32,000 bases of DNA, from positions 240,001 through 272,000 of the forward strand of contig NZ_CP032551.1 in the NCBI RefSeq assembly GCF_009734345.1, written 5' to 3'. Of the stretch, positions 18,746 through 28,109 are shown piece after piece (positions within the stretch are counted from its first letter, which is position 1; every line of letters begins with the position of its first letter). The DNA comes from Pseudidiomarina andamanensis. Lineage in GTDB: Bacteria; Pseudomonadota; Gammaproteobacteria; Enterobacterales; Alteromonadaceae. Below the pieces are notes generated by a model. It had not been told where the DNA came from. It saw only the letters and a program-made list of their open reading frames with translations, and did no database searches. Made by a program: the position numbers and the translations under genes.

Positions 18746-18821
18746 GCGTTAATCGTTATTAGTTATTCGTTAATCGTTTTAAGGCCAAGACGAATAACGA
18801 ATAACGAGTAACGAATAACGC
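18746..18821 (+). promoter_or_regulatory. long imperfect hairpin in the pnp leader (candidate RNase III processing / PNPase autoregulation site) built from heptamer repeats
   Basis: The left arm (18746-18777) and right arm (18790-18821) are 32 nt each and complementary at 28/32 positions, with a 12-nt loop. The arms are tandem 7-mers: CGTTAAT/CGTTATT/AGTTATT/CGTTAAT on the left and ACGAATA/ACGAATA/ACGAGTA/ACGAATA on the right. Confidence 0.6.
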
Positions 18822-18850
18822 ATGAGAGAAAGAAGAAAGGAAAATAACAC

Positions 18851-20986
18851 GTGAATCCGATTACAAAGAAATTTCAGTATGGTCAACATACAGTTACGTT
18901 AGAAACTGGCGCGATGGCGCGTCAAGCAACAGCAGCAGTACTTGCAAGCATGGACGACACCACCGTATTGGTAACCGTTGTTGCTAAAAAAGATGCTAAA
19001 GAAGGTCAAGATTTCTTCCCACTTACCGTGAACTATCAAGAGCGTACTTACGCTGCCGGTAAAATCCCTGGTGGTTTCTTCAAGCGTGAAGGCCGTCCAT
19101 CAGAGAACGAAACGTTAACGTCACGCTTAATCGACCGTCCAATTCGTCCATTATTCCCTGAAGGTTTCAACAACGAAGTACAAGTAATTGCAACCGTTGT
19201 GTCAGTTAATCCACAGATTAACCCTGACATTGTTGCGTTGATTGGTACTTCTGCCGCATTAGCGATTTCTGGCGTTCCGTTCGCTGGCCCAATTGGTGCT
19301 GCGCGCGTTGGTGTGGTTAACGATGAATACGTGCTTAACCCAACTATGGATGAACTGGCAACTTCTAAGCTTGATTTAGTTGTAGCTGGTACCTCAAGTG
19401 CTGTATTGATGGTTGAATCTGAAGCGCAATTATTGTCTGAAGATGCCATGTTAGGTGCTGTTGTTTACGGTCACGACCAAATGCAAACCGTTATCAACGC
19501 TATTAACGAATTTGCCGCTGAAGCTGGCAAAGAGAAGTGGGACTGGCAAGCGCCGGCAACCAATGATGCGTTGCTGAACAAAATTAAAGAATTGGCTGAG
19601 CAAGGTATTGGTGATGCTTATCGTATCACTGAGAAAGCACAGCGTTACGAGCAAATCGCAGCATTGAAAGCTGAAGTAACTGAAAAATTGGTTGCTGAAG
19701 ACGAAACCTTAGATGCGAAGGAAATCGGTGATTTGTTCCATTCGCTTGAAAGTACCGTTGTACGTAGCCGTATCATCGCTGGTGAAAAACGTATCGATGG
19801 TCGTGAACCAGACATGGTTCGTGCATTGCATATGGCGACTGGTGTGCTTCCACGTACGCACGGCTCTGCAGTATTCACTCGTGGCGAGACTCAGGCATTA
19901 GTAACAGCTACCTTGGGTACTGAGCGTGATGCGCAAATGATTGACGACTTGACCGGTCGTACTGATAGCCGCTTCATGTTGCATTACAACTTCCCTCCAT
20001 ACTGTGTTGGTGAAACAGGTATGGTTGGCTCGCCGAAGCGTCGTGAAATAGGTCATGGTCGTTTAGCGAAGCGCGGTGTACAGGCTGTTATGCCGTCACA
20101 AGAAGAATTCCCGTACACCATTCGTGTGGTTTCTGAAATCACCGAATCAAACGGCTCTAGCTCAATGGCGTCTGTTTGTGGCGCTTCGTTAGCGTTGATG
20201 GATGCAGGTGTTCCAATCAAGTCATCGGTCGCGGGTATCGCGATGGGCTTGGTGAAAGAAGGCGACAAGTTTGTTGTTCTTTCAGACATCTTGGGTGATG
20301 AAGATCACTTGGGCGACATGGACTTTAAAGTAGCTGGCAGCACAGAAGGTGTGACAGCATTGCAAATGGATATCAAGATTGACGGTATCACCCGTGAAAT
20401 CATGGAAATTGCATTAGCACAGGCAAAAGCAGCGCGTTTACACATTTTGAATGTGATGGATGACGCACTTTCTGGCGCACGTACTGAATTATCAAACTAC
20501 GCACCACGTTACACCACCATCAAAATCAATCCGGATAAGATCCGTGACGTAATCGGTAAAGGTGGCGCAGTTATTCGTGAATTAACTGAGAGCACAAATA
20601 CCAACATCGAAATTAATGATGACGGTACCGTTCGTATCGCGGCCACTGACCAAGAATCTGCTGATGCAGCAATTGCTCGTATTGAAGAGCTGACTGCTGA
20701 AGTAGAAGTAGGTCGCATTTATCAAGGTAAAGTTGCTCGTATCGTTGATTTCGGTGCATTCGTAACGATTCTTCCTGGTAAAGATGGCTTGGTTCACATT
20801 TCACAAATCGCTGAAGAGCGTGTGAATGATGTGAATGAATACTTGAAGGTTGGCGACGTCGTACCAGTTAAGGTACTTGAGATTGACCGTCAAGGACGCG
20901 TTCGTTTGAGCATGAAAGATGCGGCTGAGAAGCCAGCAGAAGCACCTGCTCAAGAAGCCTCAGAAGAGTCTTCAAACGACGAGTAA
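18851..20986 (+). CDS. pnp: polyribonucleotide nucleotidyltransferase (PNPase)
   Basis: 711 aa with a GTG start. [29 protein letters not shown] is collinear with E. coli PNPase through the two RNase PH domains, KH and S1 ([13 protein letters not shown]). Confidence 0.97.
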   Translation: MNPITKKFQYGQHTVTLETGAMARQATAAVLASMDDTTVLVTVVAKKDAKEGQDFFPLTVNYQERTYAAGKIPGGFFKREGRPSENETLTSRLIDRPIRPLFPEGFNNEVQVIATVVSVNPQINPDIVALIGTSAALAISGVPFAGPIGAARVGVVNDEYVLNPTMDELATSKLDLVVAGTSSAVLMVESEAQLLSEDAMLGAVVYGHDQMQTVINAINEFAAEAGKEKWDWQAPATNDALLNKIKELAEQGIGDAYRITEKAQRYEQIAALKAEVTEKLVAEDETLDAKEIGDLFHSLESTVVRSRIIAGEKRIDGREPDMVRALHMATGVLPRTHGSAVFTRGETQALVTATLGTERDAQMIDDLTGRTDSRFMLHYNFPPYCVGETGMVGSPKRREIGHGRLAKRGVQAVMPSQEEFPYTIRVVSEITESNGSSSMASVCGASLALMDAGVPIKSSVAGIAMGLVKEGDKFVVLSDILGDEDHLGDMDFKVAGSTEGVTALQMDIKIDGITREIMEIALAQAKAARLHILNVMDDALSGARTELSNYAPRYTTIKINPDKIRDVIGKGGAVIRELTESTNTNIEINDDGTVRIAATDQESADAAIARIEELTAEVEVGRIYQGKVARIVDFGAFVTILPGKDGLVHISQIAEERVNDVNEYLKVGDVVPVKVLEIDRQGRVRLSMKDAAEKPAEAPAQEASEESSNDE

Positions 20987-21008
20987 GTGTTTTAGTTCTT
21001 AGTGATTG

Positions 21009-21045
21009 AAAAAGCTGTGTTTGGGTAACCGAACACAGCTTTTTT
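21009..21045 (+). terminator. rho-independent terminator after pnp
   Basis: AGCTGTGTT (21013-21021) / AACACAGCT (21032-21040), extendable by T:G, G:C and G:C to a 4-nt loop. It is flanked by an A-run upstream and TTTTT at 21041-21045. Confidence 0.85.
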
Positions 21046-21132
21046 ATTGAAGTTTCTTAACAGTCAGTTTTCGTTTTTTAGTGTAATCTACGTTATGATG
21101 CTGTTAAGAATTTCACAACAAGGTAGTCGTTC

Positions 21133-22029
21133 ATGAAAATCCGTTTCGGGCTTGTTATTGCGCTGATGATGCTGTTGAGTGCGTGTGCGCAAACTGGAAA
21201 ATCACCAGATTCGGCACTAACCAATTTATTTGTGGTGACACCACAAGAGCCTGACGCTCGTTATCAGTTAGAAATTGCGAAGCTGAATGAAATTGTTGCT
21301 CGCGATCTAGAGTTGCCCGAAGAAAGTCGTGCCGAGTTGCTCTATCGCCGAGGCTCTTTATATGATGCGCTTGGCTTAGTGACGCTGGCACGAATTGATT
21401 TTAATCATGCGCTGGAATATAACCCACGCTTAGCCGATGCCTACAATTATCTCGGTATTCATTACACCCAAATGGAAGAGTTCGGCTATGCATACGAAAT
21501 GTTTGATGGGGTATTAGAGCTCGAGCCAGAGCACCCGTATGCGGTATTAAACCGCGGCGTCAATGCGTATTACGATGAGCGCATTGAGCTTGCTATTGAA
21601 GATTTCCAGCAGTTTTTTGAAGCGCAACCAGATGATCCTTATCGTGTTATTTGGTTATTCTTGGCTGAAGTTGAGCAGGATGCCATGGCCGCCCGCTTAA
21701 ATCTCGCGCAACGGCGTGTTGAGTATGGTAATACCGAATGGGGTTGGAGCTTAGTTGATCTCATGCTCGGCGCTATCGACGAGCAAACCTTTTTAAAAGG
21801 TTTTGCTGTTAGGGATTTAAAGCCTGATGAGACGCTTGCCGAGCGTATGTGTGAGACCTATTTCTACCTTGGTAAACTCAAACAGTTAGACGGCGATTTT
21901 GCTGCGGCATCGGTGTACTTTCGTTTAGCCATGAGTACGAATGTATTCATGTTTTTGGAATATCGCTATGCAAACCTGGAATTGCAACGTAGTAAGCAAG
22001 CGCTAGAAGCTAACGCCAAAACAAACTAA
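21133..22029 (+). CDS. nlpI: TPR lipoprotein NlpI
   Basis: 298 aa with a lipobox LLSAC. RAELLYRRGSLYDALGLVTLARIDFNHALEYNP, AYNYLGIHYTQ and YRVIWLFLAE are collinear with E. coli NlpI. It holds the conserved position after pnp. Confidence 0.9.
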   Translation: MKIRFGLVIALMMLLSACAQTGKSPDSALTNLFVVTPQEPDARYQLEIAKLNEIVARDLELPEESRAELLYRRGSLYDALGLVTLARIDFNHALEYNPRLADAYNYLGIHYTQMEEFGYAYEMFDGVLELEPEHPYAVLNRGVNAYYDERIELAIEDFQQFFEAQPDDPYRVIWLFLAEVEQDAMAARLNLAQRRVEYGNTEWGWSLVDLMLGAIDEQTFLKGFAVRDLKPDETLAERMCETYFYLGKLKQLDGDFAAASVYFRLAMSTNVFMFLEYRYANLELQRSKQALEANAKTN

Positions 22030-22039
22030 CGGTACAATT

Positions 22040-22870
22040 GTGAGAGTAATAATTGTTGCAGGCGTGGTCGCTCTTTTGAGTCATGCCGTTAGTGCAGCGA
22101 ACCTTCATGATCTCGCGTTGAAAACAGTGGCACCAACGACTGGTGTTACCCAGCAACAATGCGGCGTTATGGCGCCGGTTACTCTCTATTTACCAACATC
22201 ACACGAACAACAAGTATTAAATAATCTATCCCGCTGGCACAAACACCCTCTGGCTCGGTTCGTGAACTGCTTTTCAGTACAACGCTATCGACCTGAACAA
22301 CTTCATTGCGAGCGAGCGGGCACACGTCAACGTGCAAACTGCGGTTGGCATTCGAGCAATGAAGATCTGTCGTCAACGCGTTCAATTCTTTTTGTTGCCG
22401 CTGAGCATGGGCTTGCCAGTAGCTATCCGAATCAAATCACCTTACCAACAGATGCTTCGCTGTCGTTATTGGCGCATGAATTAGGACATTGGCTAGGTTT
22501 AGCCGACGAATATGCAATGGCACCTGAACTCGCTGAAAATTTCTGTTCGGGTCGCTATGATCACGCTAGCGCTAATGTCGTTGTTACGGATAGGCTGCAG
22601 ATGTCGAGTGCAGAGTTACAACAGCTATGGCATCAGCTTCCATGGCATTTTGCTGTTGATGATTGGCGTCAGTTAGCCAAAGCAGTGAATGAAGATAAAT
22701 GGCAGTTAGGATCGTTAGCAAACATGGTTGGGTTGCACGCGATTGCTACTTGTGATGCCGTTGAGGGGAAATATGCATGGCGCCCGGTAGCCGACATGAC
22801 GCCGATGCAGTATTACGATATAAACCAGTGGCCACCGCTCTATCTCGAGCTTATTGCGCGCCCACAGTAA
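22040..22870 (+). CDS. hypothetical secreted zinc-metallopeptidase-like protein (HExxH followed by GLADEY, M64-like motif)
   Basis: 276-aa ORF with a GTG start 10 nt after the nlpI stop. It has a Sec-type signal peptide MRVIIVAGVVALLSHAVSA/AN and six Cys in the mature part. The motif LLAHELGHWLGLADEY is encoded at 22475-22513. There is no obvious SD, and I do not recognise an orthologue. Confidence 0.55.
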   Translation: MRVIIVAGVVALLSHAVSAANLHDLALKTVAPTTGVTQQQCGVMAPVTLYLPTSHEQQVLNNLSRWHKHPLARFVNCFSVQRYRPEQLHCERAGTRQRANCGWHSSNEDLSSTRSILFVAAEHGLASSYPNQITLPTDASLSLLAHELGHWLGLADEYAMAPELAENFCSGRYDHASANVVVTDRLQMSSAELQQLWHQLPWHFAVDDWRQLAKAVNEDKWQLGSLANMVGLHAIATCDAVEGKYAWRPVADMTPMQYYDINQWPPLYLELIARPQ

Positions 22871-23252
22871 TCGCTGTTTGCGCAATCATTAATACCGGGC
22901 ACAACAGGGCGAATAACCACACCAAGCTACGCAGCTTGTCCCAGTTCGCAAGATAAAAGATATGGTAGGCGACACGGAAACCGATAAAGCTAATGGCCAA
23001 AGTGGTGTTTAGCTCAGTCACCTGTTCGGTCACCAGTACCAACAAAATGGCTGCAGCGTAGAGTGGGAACGCTTCATAAGCATTGTAGTGCCCGGCAACT
23101 GCACGTGCTCCAGCGCCGGTTAATCGACTTTGTTGTGCGCGTGGATGGCGGTTGTCATAACCTTTATCGCGGTTCTGGAAATACACAACAGGGGCTTTTG
23201 CCGCAATTGGCAATAGCCCTGCAATTAGTAAGCACCAAATGAGAATACTCAT
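22851..23252 (-). CDS. MAPEG-family inner-membrane protein
   Basis: 133 aa. It has multiple hydrophobic helices and RHPRAQQ...[23 protein letters not shown], typical of bacterial MAPEG (YecN-like) proteins. The ATG overlaps the lipA TGA (ATGA). Confidence 0.7.
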   Translation of the reverse strand: MSILIWCLLIAGLLPIAAKAPVVYFQNRDKGYDNRHPRAQQSRLTGAGARAVAGHYNAYEAFPLYAAAILLVLVTEQVTELNTTLAISFIGFRVAYHIFYLANWDKLRSLVWLFALLCPVLMIAQTAITVGAQ

Positions 23253-24214
23253 TTAACTTCCTTACCAGCGGCCTGCATGTCGGCATGATAAGACGAGCGA
23301 ACCAGTGGGCCAGATGCAATGTGAGTGAAGCCCATTTTCTCACCTTCTTCGCGGAACATATCAAATTCAGCAGGCGTGACGTAACGTGTCACAGGCAGAT
23401 GATGACGGCTCGGTTGTAGATATTGACCAATCGTCAACATATCAACGTCGTGGGCGCGCAAGTCACGCATAACCTCAAGGATCTCGTCGTTCGTTTCACC
23501 TAAACCAACCATCAAGCCAGATTTCGTACGAACATCAGGACGCGCTTCTTTATAACGCTGCAATAAATCTAACGACCATTGATAGTTAGCGCCAGGACGC
23601 GCCGCTTTATACATGCGCGGCACAGTTTCAAGGTTATGGTTAAATACATCAGGAGCTTCATCAGCGAGTATTTCTAGCGCGACATCCATACGGCCACGGA
23701 AGTCTGGTACTAGCACTTCGACTTGAATACCAGGGCTTTGTGCGCGAATCTCTTTAATACAGTCGGCAAAGTGTTGTGCGCCGCCATCACGAAGGTCATC
23801 GCGATCAACTGATGTCACAACAACATATTTCACTTTCATATCGCGAATGGTTGCGCCGAGTTTAACCGCTTCTTCTGGGTCGACTGGAAGAGGGCGACCG
23901 TGAGCAACGTCACAAAACGGACAGCGGCGGGTACAAATAGCGCCCAAAATCATGAAGGTTGCGGTACCGTGGTTAAAACATTCAGCAAGGTTAGGGCAAG
24001 ACGCTTCCTCACAGACTGAATGCAAACCATGTTTGCGCATCGCTTGTTTGATTTCGTCGATTCGTTGAGTGGAGGCGGGTAGTTTCACCTTCAACCACTC
24101 TGGTTTACGCAACATTTGGTCGCGCTCAGTAGGGACAATCTTCACTGGAATCAACGCCATTTTATCGGCGTCACGTAGTTTTACCCCAGGTTCAACTCTA
24201 ACTGGCTTTGACAT
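23249..24214 (-). CDS. lipA: lipoyl synthase
   Basis: [25 protein letters not shown].. with the radical-SAM [10 protein letters not shown] and [12 protein letters not shown] clusters, collinear with E. coli LipA. I prefer the ATG at 24214 over the upstream ATG at 24253 in the ORF track. Confidence 0.95.
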   Translation of the reverse strand: MSKPVRVEPGVKLRDADKMALIPVKIVPTERDQMLRKPEWLKVKLPASTQRIDEIKQAMRKHGLHSVCEEASCPNLAECFNHGTATFMILGAICTRRCPFCDVAHGRPLPVDPEEAVKLGATIRDMKVKYVVVTSVDRDDLRDGGAQHFADCIKEIRAQSPGIQVEVLVPDFRGRMDVALEILADEAPDVFNHNLETVPRMYKAARPGANYQWSLDLLQRYKEARPDVRTKSGLMVGLGETNDEILEVMRDLRAHDVDMLTIGQYLQPSRHHLPVTRYVTPAEFDMFREEGEKMGFTHIASGPLVRSSYHADMQAAGKEVK

Positions 24215-24863
24215 AATCTTTCGCGAATCCTGTTTCTTCAGTCGTGTGTTCATAACCCAATAGTCGTGCGAAAATTTGGGTTACATGCTGCGCCGCTTCG
24301 CTCACACTTTGCGGCCCATTCAAATCCTTACATTGCACCATTTGCATACCGGCATAACCGCATGGATTAATCCGTAAAAATGGCTCAAGGTTCATATCTA
24401 CATTCAAGGCTAAGCCATGAAACGAACAGCCTTTACGTATACGCAAACCCAACGAACAAAGTTTTGAACCGTTCACATAAACGCCGGGAGCGTCTGGACG
24501 CGCTGCTGCCTCAACACCATACTCTGCCATCATTGCCACAATTGAATCTTCAATGGCATTGACGAGCTGGCGAACGCCCATCTTGCGACGACGAATATCG
24601 AGCAAGAAATAGACGACCAATTGACCCGGGCCGTGATAGGTGACTTGACCGCCACGATCAACTTTCACGATCGGAATGTCGCCTGGCGCTAAAATGTGTT
24701 CTTCTTTACCGGCTTGCCCCTGGGTAAAAACTGGCTCGTGTTCGAGTACCCAAAGTTCATCAATTGTATTTTCATCACGTTCATCGGTGAACGTCTGCAT
24801 AGCAGACCATACAGGTTCATAAGGTTGTTGACCGAGGTGACGAATAATTAACTTAGAGGACAT
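24198..24863 (-). CDS. lipB: octanoyltransferase LipB
   Basis: [18 protein letters not shown].., [15 protein letters not shown] and [22 protein letters not shown] match LipB. I prefer the ATG at 24863 over the TTG at 24878. It overlaps lipA by 17 nt and ybeD by 11 nt. Confidence 0.93.
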   Translation of the reverse strand: MSSKLIIRHLGQQPYEPVWSAMQTFTDERDENTIDELWVLEHEPVFTQGQAGKEEHILAPGDIPIVKVDRGGQVTYHGPGQLVVYFLLDIRRRKMGVRQLVNAIEDSIVAMMAEYGVEAAARPDAPGVYVNGSKLCSLGLRIRKGCSFHGLALNVDMNLEPFLRINPCGYAGMQMVQCKDLNGPQSVSEAAQHVTQIFARLLGYEHTTEETGFAKDYVKAS

Positions 24864-25119
24864 AACGAACTTCTTCAATATCGGCTAAGGCGCGATACAG
24901 CGCTTCAATATGCTGTTGGCTCGTGACTTGAACTTTGATCGATACTGAATGGTAATTACCTTTGCTACTTGGCTTAACCGTTGGCGAGTAATCGCCGGGT
25001 GCGTGCTGTTGCGCTACCGCGACAATGGTGTCTGGTAACTCAGGTACAGCAAGCCCCATCACTTTAAAGGTAAAGTGACATGGGAATTCTACCAACTCAT
25101 CAAAGCGTGTTTTTTGCAT
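24853..25119 (-). CDS. ybeD: DUF493 protein YbeD
   Basis: 88 aa. [50 protein letters not shown] is near-identical in pattern to E. coli YbeD. Confidence 0.92.
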   Translation of the reverse strand: MQKTRFDELVEFPCHFTFKVMGLAVPELPDTIVAVAQQHAPGDYSPTVKPSSKGNYHSVSIKVQVTSQQHIEALYRALADIEEVRYVL

Positions 25120-25122
25120 GCT

Positions 25123-25971
25123 TTACTCCTGAATGAGATGTCGTTTGCTGGCGTGAAACGCTTCAGCTATCTGTGCGGTAATCGTTCCGCATTGACCATT
25201 GCCGACAATTATATCATCAATTTGACCAACCGGCTGTACTTCGCGGCTTGAGCTTGTCAGGAATACTTCGTCAACGTGTTGCAATTCGTTGACATTAAGC
25301 GCTTCTTCATGAACCTCAATAGCTAGCTGCTGGGCTAGTTGTATTACCCATGTGCGGGTAATGCCAGCTAAAATCAAGTGGTCGGCCGGTGGTGTGTAGA
25401 GGCGCCCTTGTTTTACCATAAAATAATTACACGAAGCACCCTCGGTGATGCGTCCATCGCGATGCAGTAATGGTTCGATAGCGCCTCGTTTCGCAGCCTC
25501 ACGCTTTAACATGATATTACCGAGTAAGCTGATACTTTTGATATCACAGCGGTGCCAGCGAATGTCTTCTAAAACAGCGACTTTTACCGGTTTTGGTGTA
25601 TTCCAGTGCACACTAAGAGGCGACAGACTAGCATAGATGGTTGGTGTTAGTGGCTGCGTTGGTAAATGGCTACGCTGGCTATCGGCACCAAACGTCAACT
25701 GAATGTATACTAAACCGTCGTCGAGGTTATTGCGGTTAATCAAATCAAGCACGAGCTGATGCCAAAACTCAGTCGTGATAGGCGCAATACCAATCGCATC
25801 CGCTGAGCGTTGCAGTCGCTGAATATGGAGTTCGGGAAGGAAAGGACGGCGCTGATAAACTGGAATAACTTCATATACGCCATCCGCAAACAAAAAGCCT
25901 CGGTCGAAAACCGAGACTTTTGCGTTATTACCGGTGACCCAGTCACCGTTTAAATAGACGATGTCAGACAC
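25123..25971 (-). CDS. dat: D-amino-acid (D-alanine) aminotransferase, fold-type IV PLP enzyme
   Basis: 282 aa with a GTG start. DRGFLFADGVYEVIPVY and EDIRWHRCDIKSISLLGN match the Bacillus Dat signature EDIRWLRCDIKSLNLLG, which contains the catalytic Lys. Confidence 0.85.
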   Translation of the reverse strand: MSDIVYLNGDWVTGNNAKVSVFDRGFLFADGVYEVIPVYQRRPFLPELHIQRLQRSADAIGIAPITTEFWHQLVLDLINRNNLDDGLVYIQLTFGADSQRSHLPTQPLTPTIYASLSPLSVHWNTPKPVKVAVLEDIRWHRCDIKSISLLGNIMLKREAAKRGAIEPLLHRDGRITEGASCNYFMVKQGRLYTPPADHLILAGITRTWVIQLAQQLAIEVHEEALNVNELQHVDEVFLTSSSREVQPVGQIDDIIVGNGQCGTITAQIAEAFHASKRHLIQE

Positions 25972-25994
25972 TTGTGCTGCCTTAATTGGTGATC

Positions 25995-27167
25995 CTAGCT
26001 TTCGCTTTCACCACTAAACTTTTGCTTTGCCCAATCCATCAAGCGTTTGAACACGCCACCCTGTTCAACGGCATTTAGCGTCACAAGCGGGTAGCTTGCA
26101 ATATCTTCGCCTTCTAACTGAAGATAGACAGTACCAACTTGTGTACCTTTCTCGATAGGCGCTTCAAGCGTTTGATTCAGTTCAAAATTAGCTTTCAAAT
26201 TATTACGCTGACCTTTTGGCAATGTAATCACGACTGGCTCAGTCACACCTAATTGGACGGTATCTTGCTCACCACCCCAAATACGATGGTCAACAAAACT
26301 CTCGCCAGCTTGATACGCAGTCACTGTCTCGTAGTAGCGGAAGCCGTAGTTAAGCAACTTCTTACTTTCAACCTTACGTGCTTGCTCACTTGAAGTGCCC
26401 ATAACCACGGCGATTAAACGGGTATCGCCTTCGGTTGCTGAAGAAACAAGACTATAGCCGGCTTCATTTGTATGGCCGGTTTTAATACCATCAACATTCA
26501 TGCTGCGATCCCACAACAGCGAGTTGCGGTTATATTGCTTAATGTTGTTGTAGGTAAATGATTTCTCGGCGTACAGCGAATATTCTTCAGGCACGTCACG
26601 AATCAGCGCCTGTGCCAAAGTCGCCATATCACGCGGCGAGCTGTATTGATTTGGATCAGGTAAGCCATGGCTGTTTGCGAAGCTTGAATTGCTCATGCCT
26701 AGTTCAGCAGCGTAGGTGTTCATTAAATCTGCAAATGCGCCTTCACTTCCGGCGATATGCTCGGCCATGGCTACACAGGCGTCATTACCTGAAGAAATAA
26801 CGATACCGCGATTAAGATCAGCGACCGAGACCTCTTTGCCTACTTCGATAAACATTTTCGATGACTCTGGGAAGTTTTTTGCCCAAGCATTTTTACTTAT
26901 CGTAACCATGTCTTCATTACTAATACGACCGGCTTGGAGTTCGCGGCCGATAATGTAACTTGTCATCATTTTAGTGAGGCTAGCCGGAGCCAATGCTTCA
27001 TCGGCATTCTCCGAGGTAATAACGTGCCCCGTTGTGTAATCAATCAGAATGTAACCTTTGGCATTGACTGAAGGTGCCGGGGGAACAATTGCTGCTTGCG
27101 CTACCGCAGTAAACGCGACGGCAGTAATGGCAATTGTGCGAACAAAGTGACGAAGTACACGACGCAT
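25995..27167 (-). CDS. dacA: D-alanyl-D-alanine carboxypeptidase (PBP5/6 class)
   Basis: 390 aa with a signal peptide. It carries the SxxK (PASLTKMMT), SxN (SSGNDA) and KTG (IKTGHT) motifs and the C-terminal PBP5 domain. Confidence 0.93.
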   Translation of the reverse strand: MRRVLRHFVRTIAITAVAFTAVAQAAIVPPAPSVNAKGYILIDYTTGHVITSENADEALAPASLTKMMTSYIIGRELQAGRISNEDMVTISKNAWAKNFPESSKMFIEVGKEVSVADLNRGIVISSGNDACVAMAEHIAGSEGAFADLMNTYAAELGMSNSSFANSHGLPDPNQYSSPRDMATLAQALIRDVPEEYSLYAEKSFTYNNIKQYNRNSLLWDRSMNVDGIKTGHTNEAGYSLVSSATEGDTRLIAVVMGTSSEQARKVESKKLLNYGFRYYETVTAYQAGESFVDHRIWGGEQDTVQLGVTEPVVITLPKGQRNNLKANFELNQTLEAPIEKGTQVGTVYLQLEGEDIASYPLVTLNAVEQGGVFKRLMDWAKQKFSGESES

Positions 27168-27299
27168 GTTAACTCTTCTCTTTTTTTTTGAAACTCTGGA
27201 TGAATAAAGGGCGCTGAATATAGCATAAATTTAAAGGCTATAGCAGTTACCCAGGGGATTCTGCCGTAGCTTGCTATTTATTTCCGACAAACGCAGAGA

Positions 27300-28106
27300 T
27301 TACGGAACCGCGACACGAAATGCATCGGGATACCCAGCTTTCCTTAGCTGTTCTAGTAACTTATTGGTTTGTGGTTCAGCCAACGGACCTAAAACTACCC
27401 GATATAGACCATTATTTGGCTGAGTAGTTGCAGGAACTTGGTATAATTTCTGTAAGCGTTCAGCTTCAGCTTGTAATCGAGCTGAATCACTTCCGGCATG
27501 AACTTGAATATAGAACTGGTCGATCGATTCCATTTTTAACGGCGGGGTAACAGCGAGGGCTTCGTTACCTGAGCTAGGCTGTAATGCTTCAATTTTTACG
27601 CGAGCGGTCCCAGATTTTAACATATCGAGTTTATAAGCAGCGACATAGGAAAGGTCGATAATTCGATTCCCGTGAAATGGCCCACGGTCATTGACTCGAA
27701 CAACCACACTTTTTTCATTATCTAAATTGGTTACGCGTACATAAGTTGGTAGCGGGAGCGTCTTATGCGCTGCACTCATGGCGTACATGTCGTAGGTTTC
27801 GCCGTTGGAGGTGAGGTGGCCATGGAATTTTTCCCCGTACCACGAGGCCACACCTTCTTGGCTGAAGTCACTTACGTCATCCAAGATATGCCAGGTATTA
27901 CCGAATAATGAATAGGTTCGATTGCCTTGTCGGCTTGGCGGCTCAAAAGATGGTTCTGGTTCAACTAGCTCATCGGCCGTGGGTAAGCGCGACGGAATAG
28001 AATCATATTTCTGACTATAACGTGAGTTTGACGGAGATGAACTAGAACACGCGTTCAACAGAACGATGACCGTCAGTATTAGCACAAACCGAAAACTTAT
28101 CATCAT
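27300..28106 (-). CDS. rlpA: septal ring lytic transglycosylase RlpA (DPBB + C-terminal SPOR domain) lipoprotein
   Basis: 268 aa with a lipobox LLNAC. GVASWYGEKFHGHLTSNGETYDMYAMSAAHKTLPLPTYVRVTNLDN..VVVRVNDRGPF, and a SPOR-like C-terminus. Confidence 0.92.
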   Translation of the reverse strand: MMISFRFVLILTVIVLLNACSSSSPSNSRYSQKYDSIPSRLPTADELVEPEPSFEPPSRQGNRTYSLFGNTWHILDDVSDFSQEGVASWYGEKFHGHLTSNGETYDMYAMSAAHKTLPLPTYVRVTNLDNEKSVVVRVNDRGPFHGNRIIDLSYVAAYKLDMLKSGTARVKIEALQPSSGNEALAVTPPLKMESIDQFYIQVHAGSDSARLQAEAERLQKLYQVPATTQPNNGLYRVVLGPLAEPQTNKLLEQLRKAGYPDAFRVAVP

Positions 28107-28109
28107 GAT

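Noticed and set aside
18746-18821. Interpreting the heptamer repeats as a CRISPR array or generic VNTR
   Set aside because: The units are 7 nt with no spacers, and the two arrays are inverted to form one hairpin in the pnp leader. A structural RNA role explains them better.
27236-27271. Possible rlpA terminator (minus strand) in the rlpA-dacA spacer
   Set aside because: The stem GGCTATAGCAG/CTGCCGTAGCT has a mismatch and a G:U pair, and is followed on the minus strand by mixed TTTAAATTTA rather than a clean U-tract. This is too weak to call.
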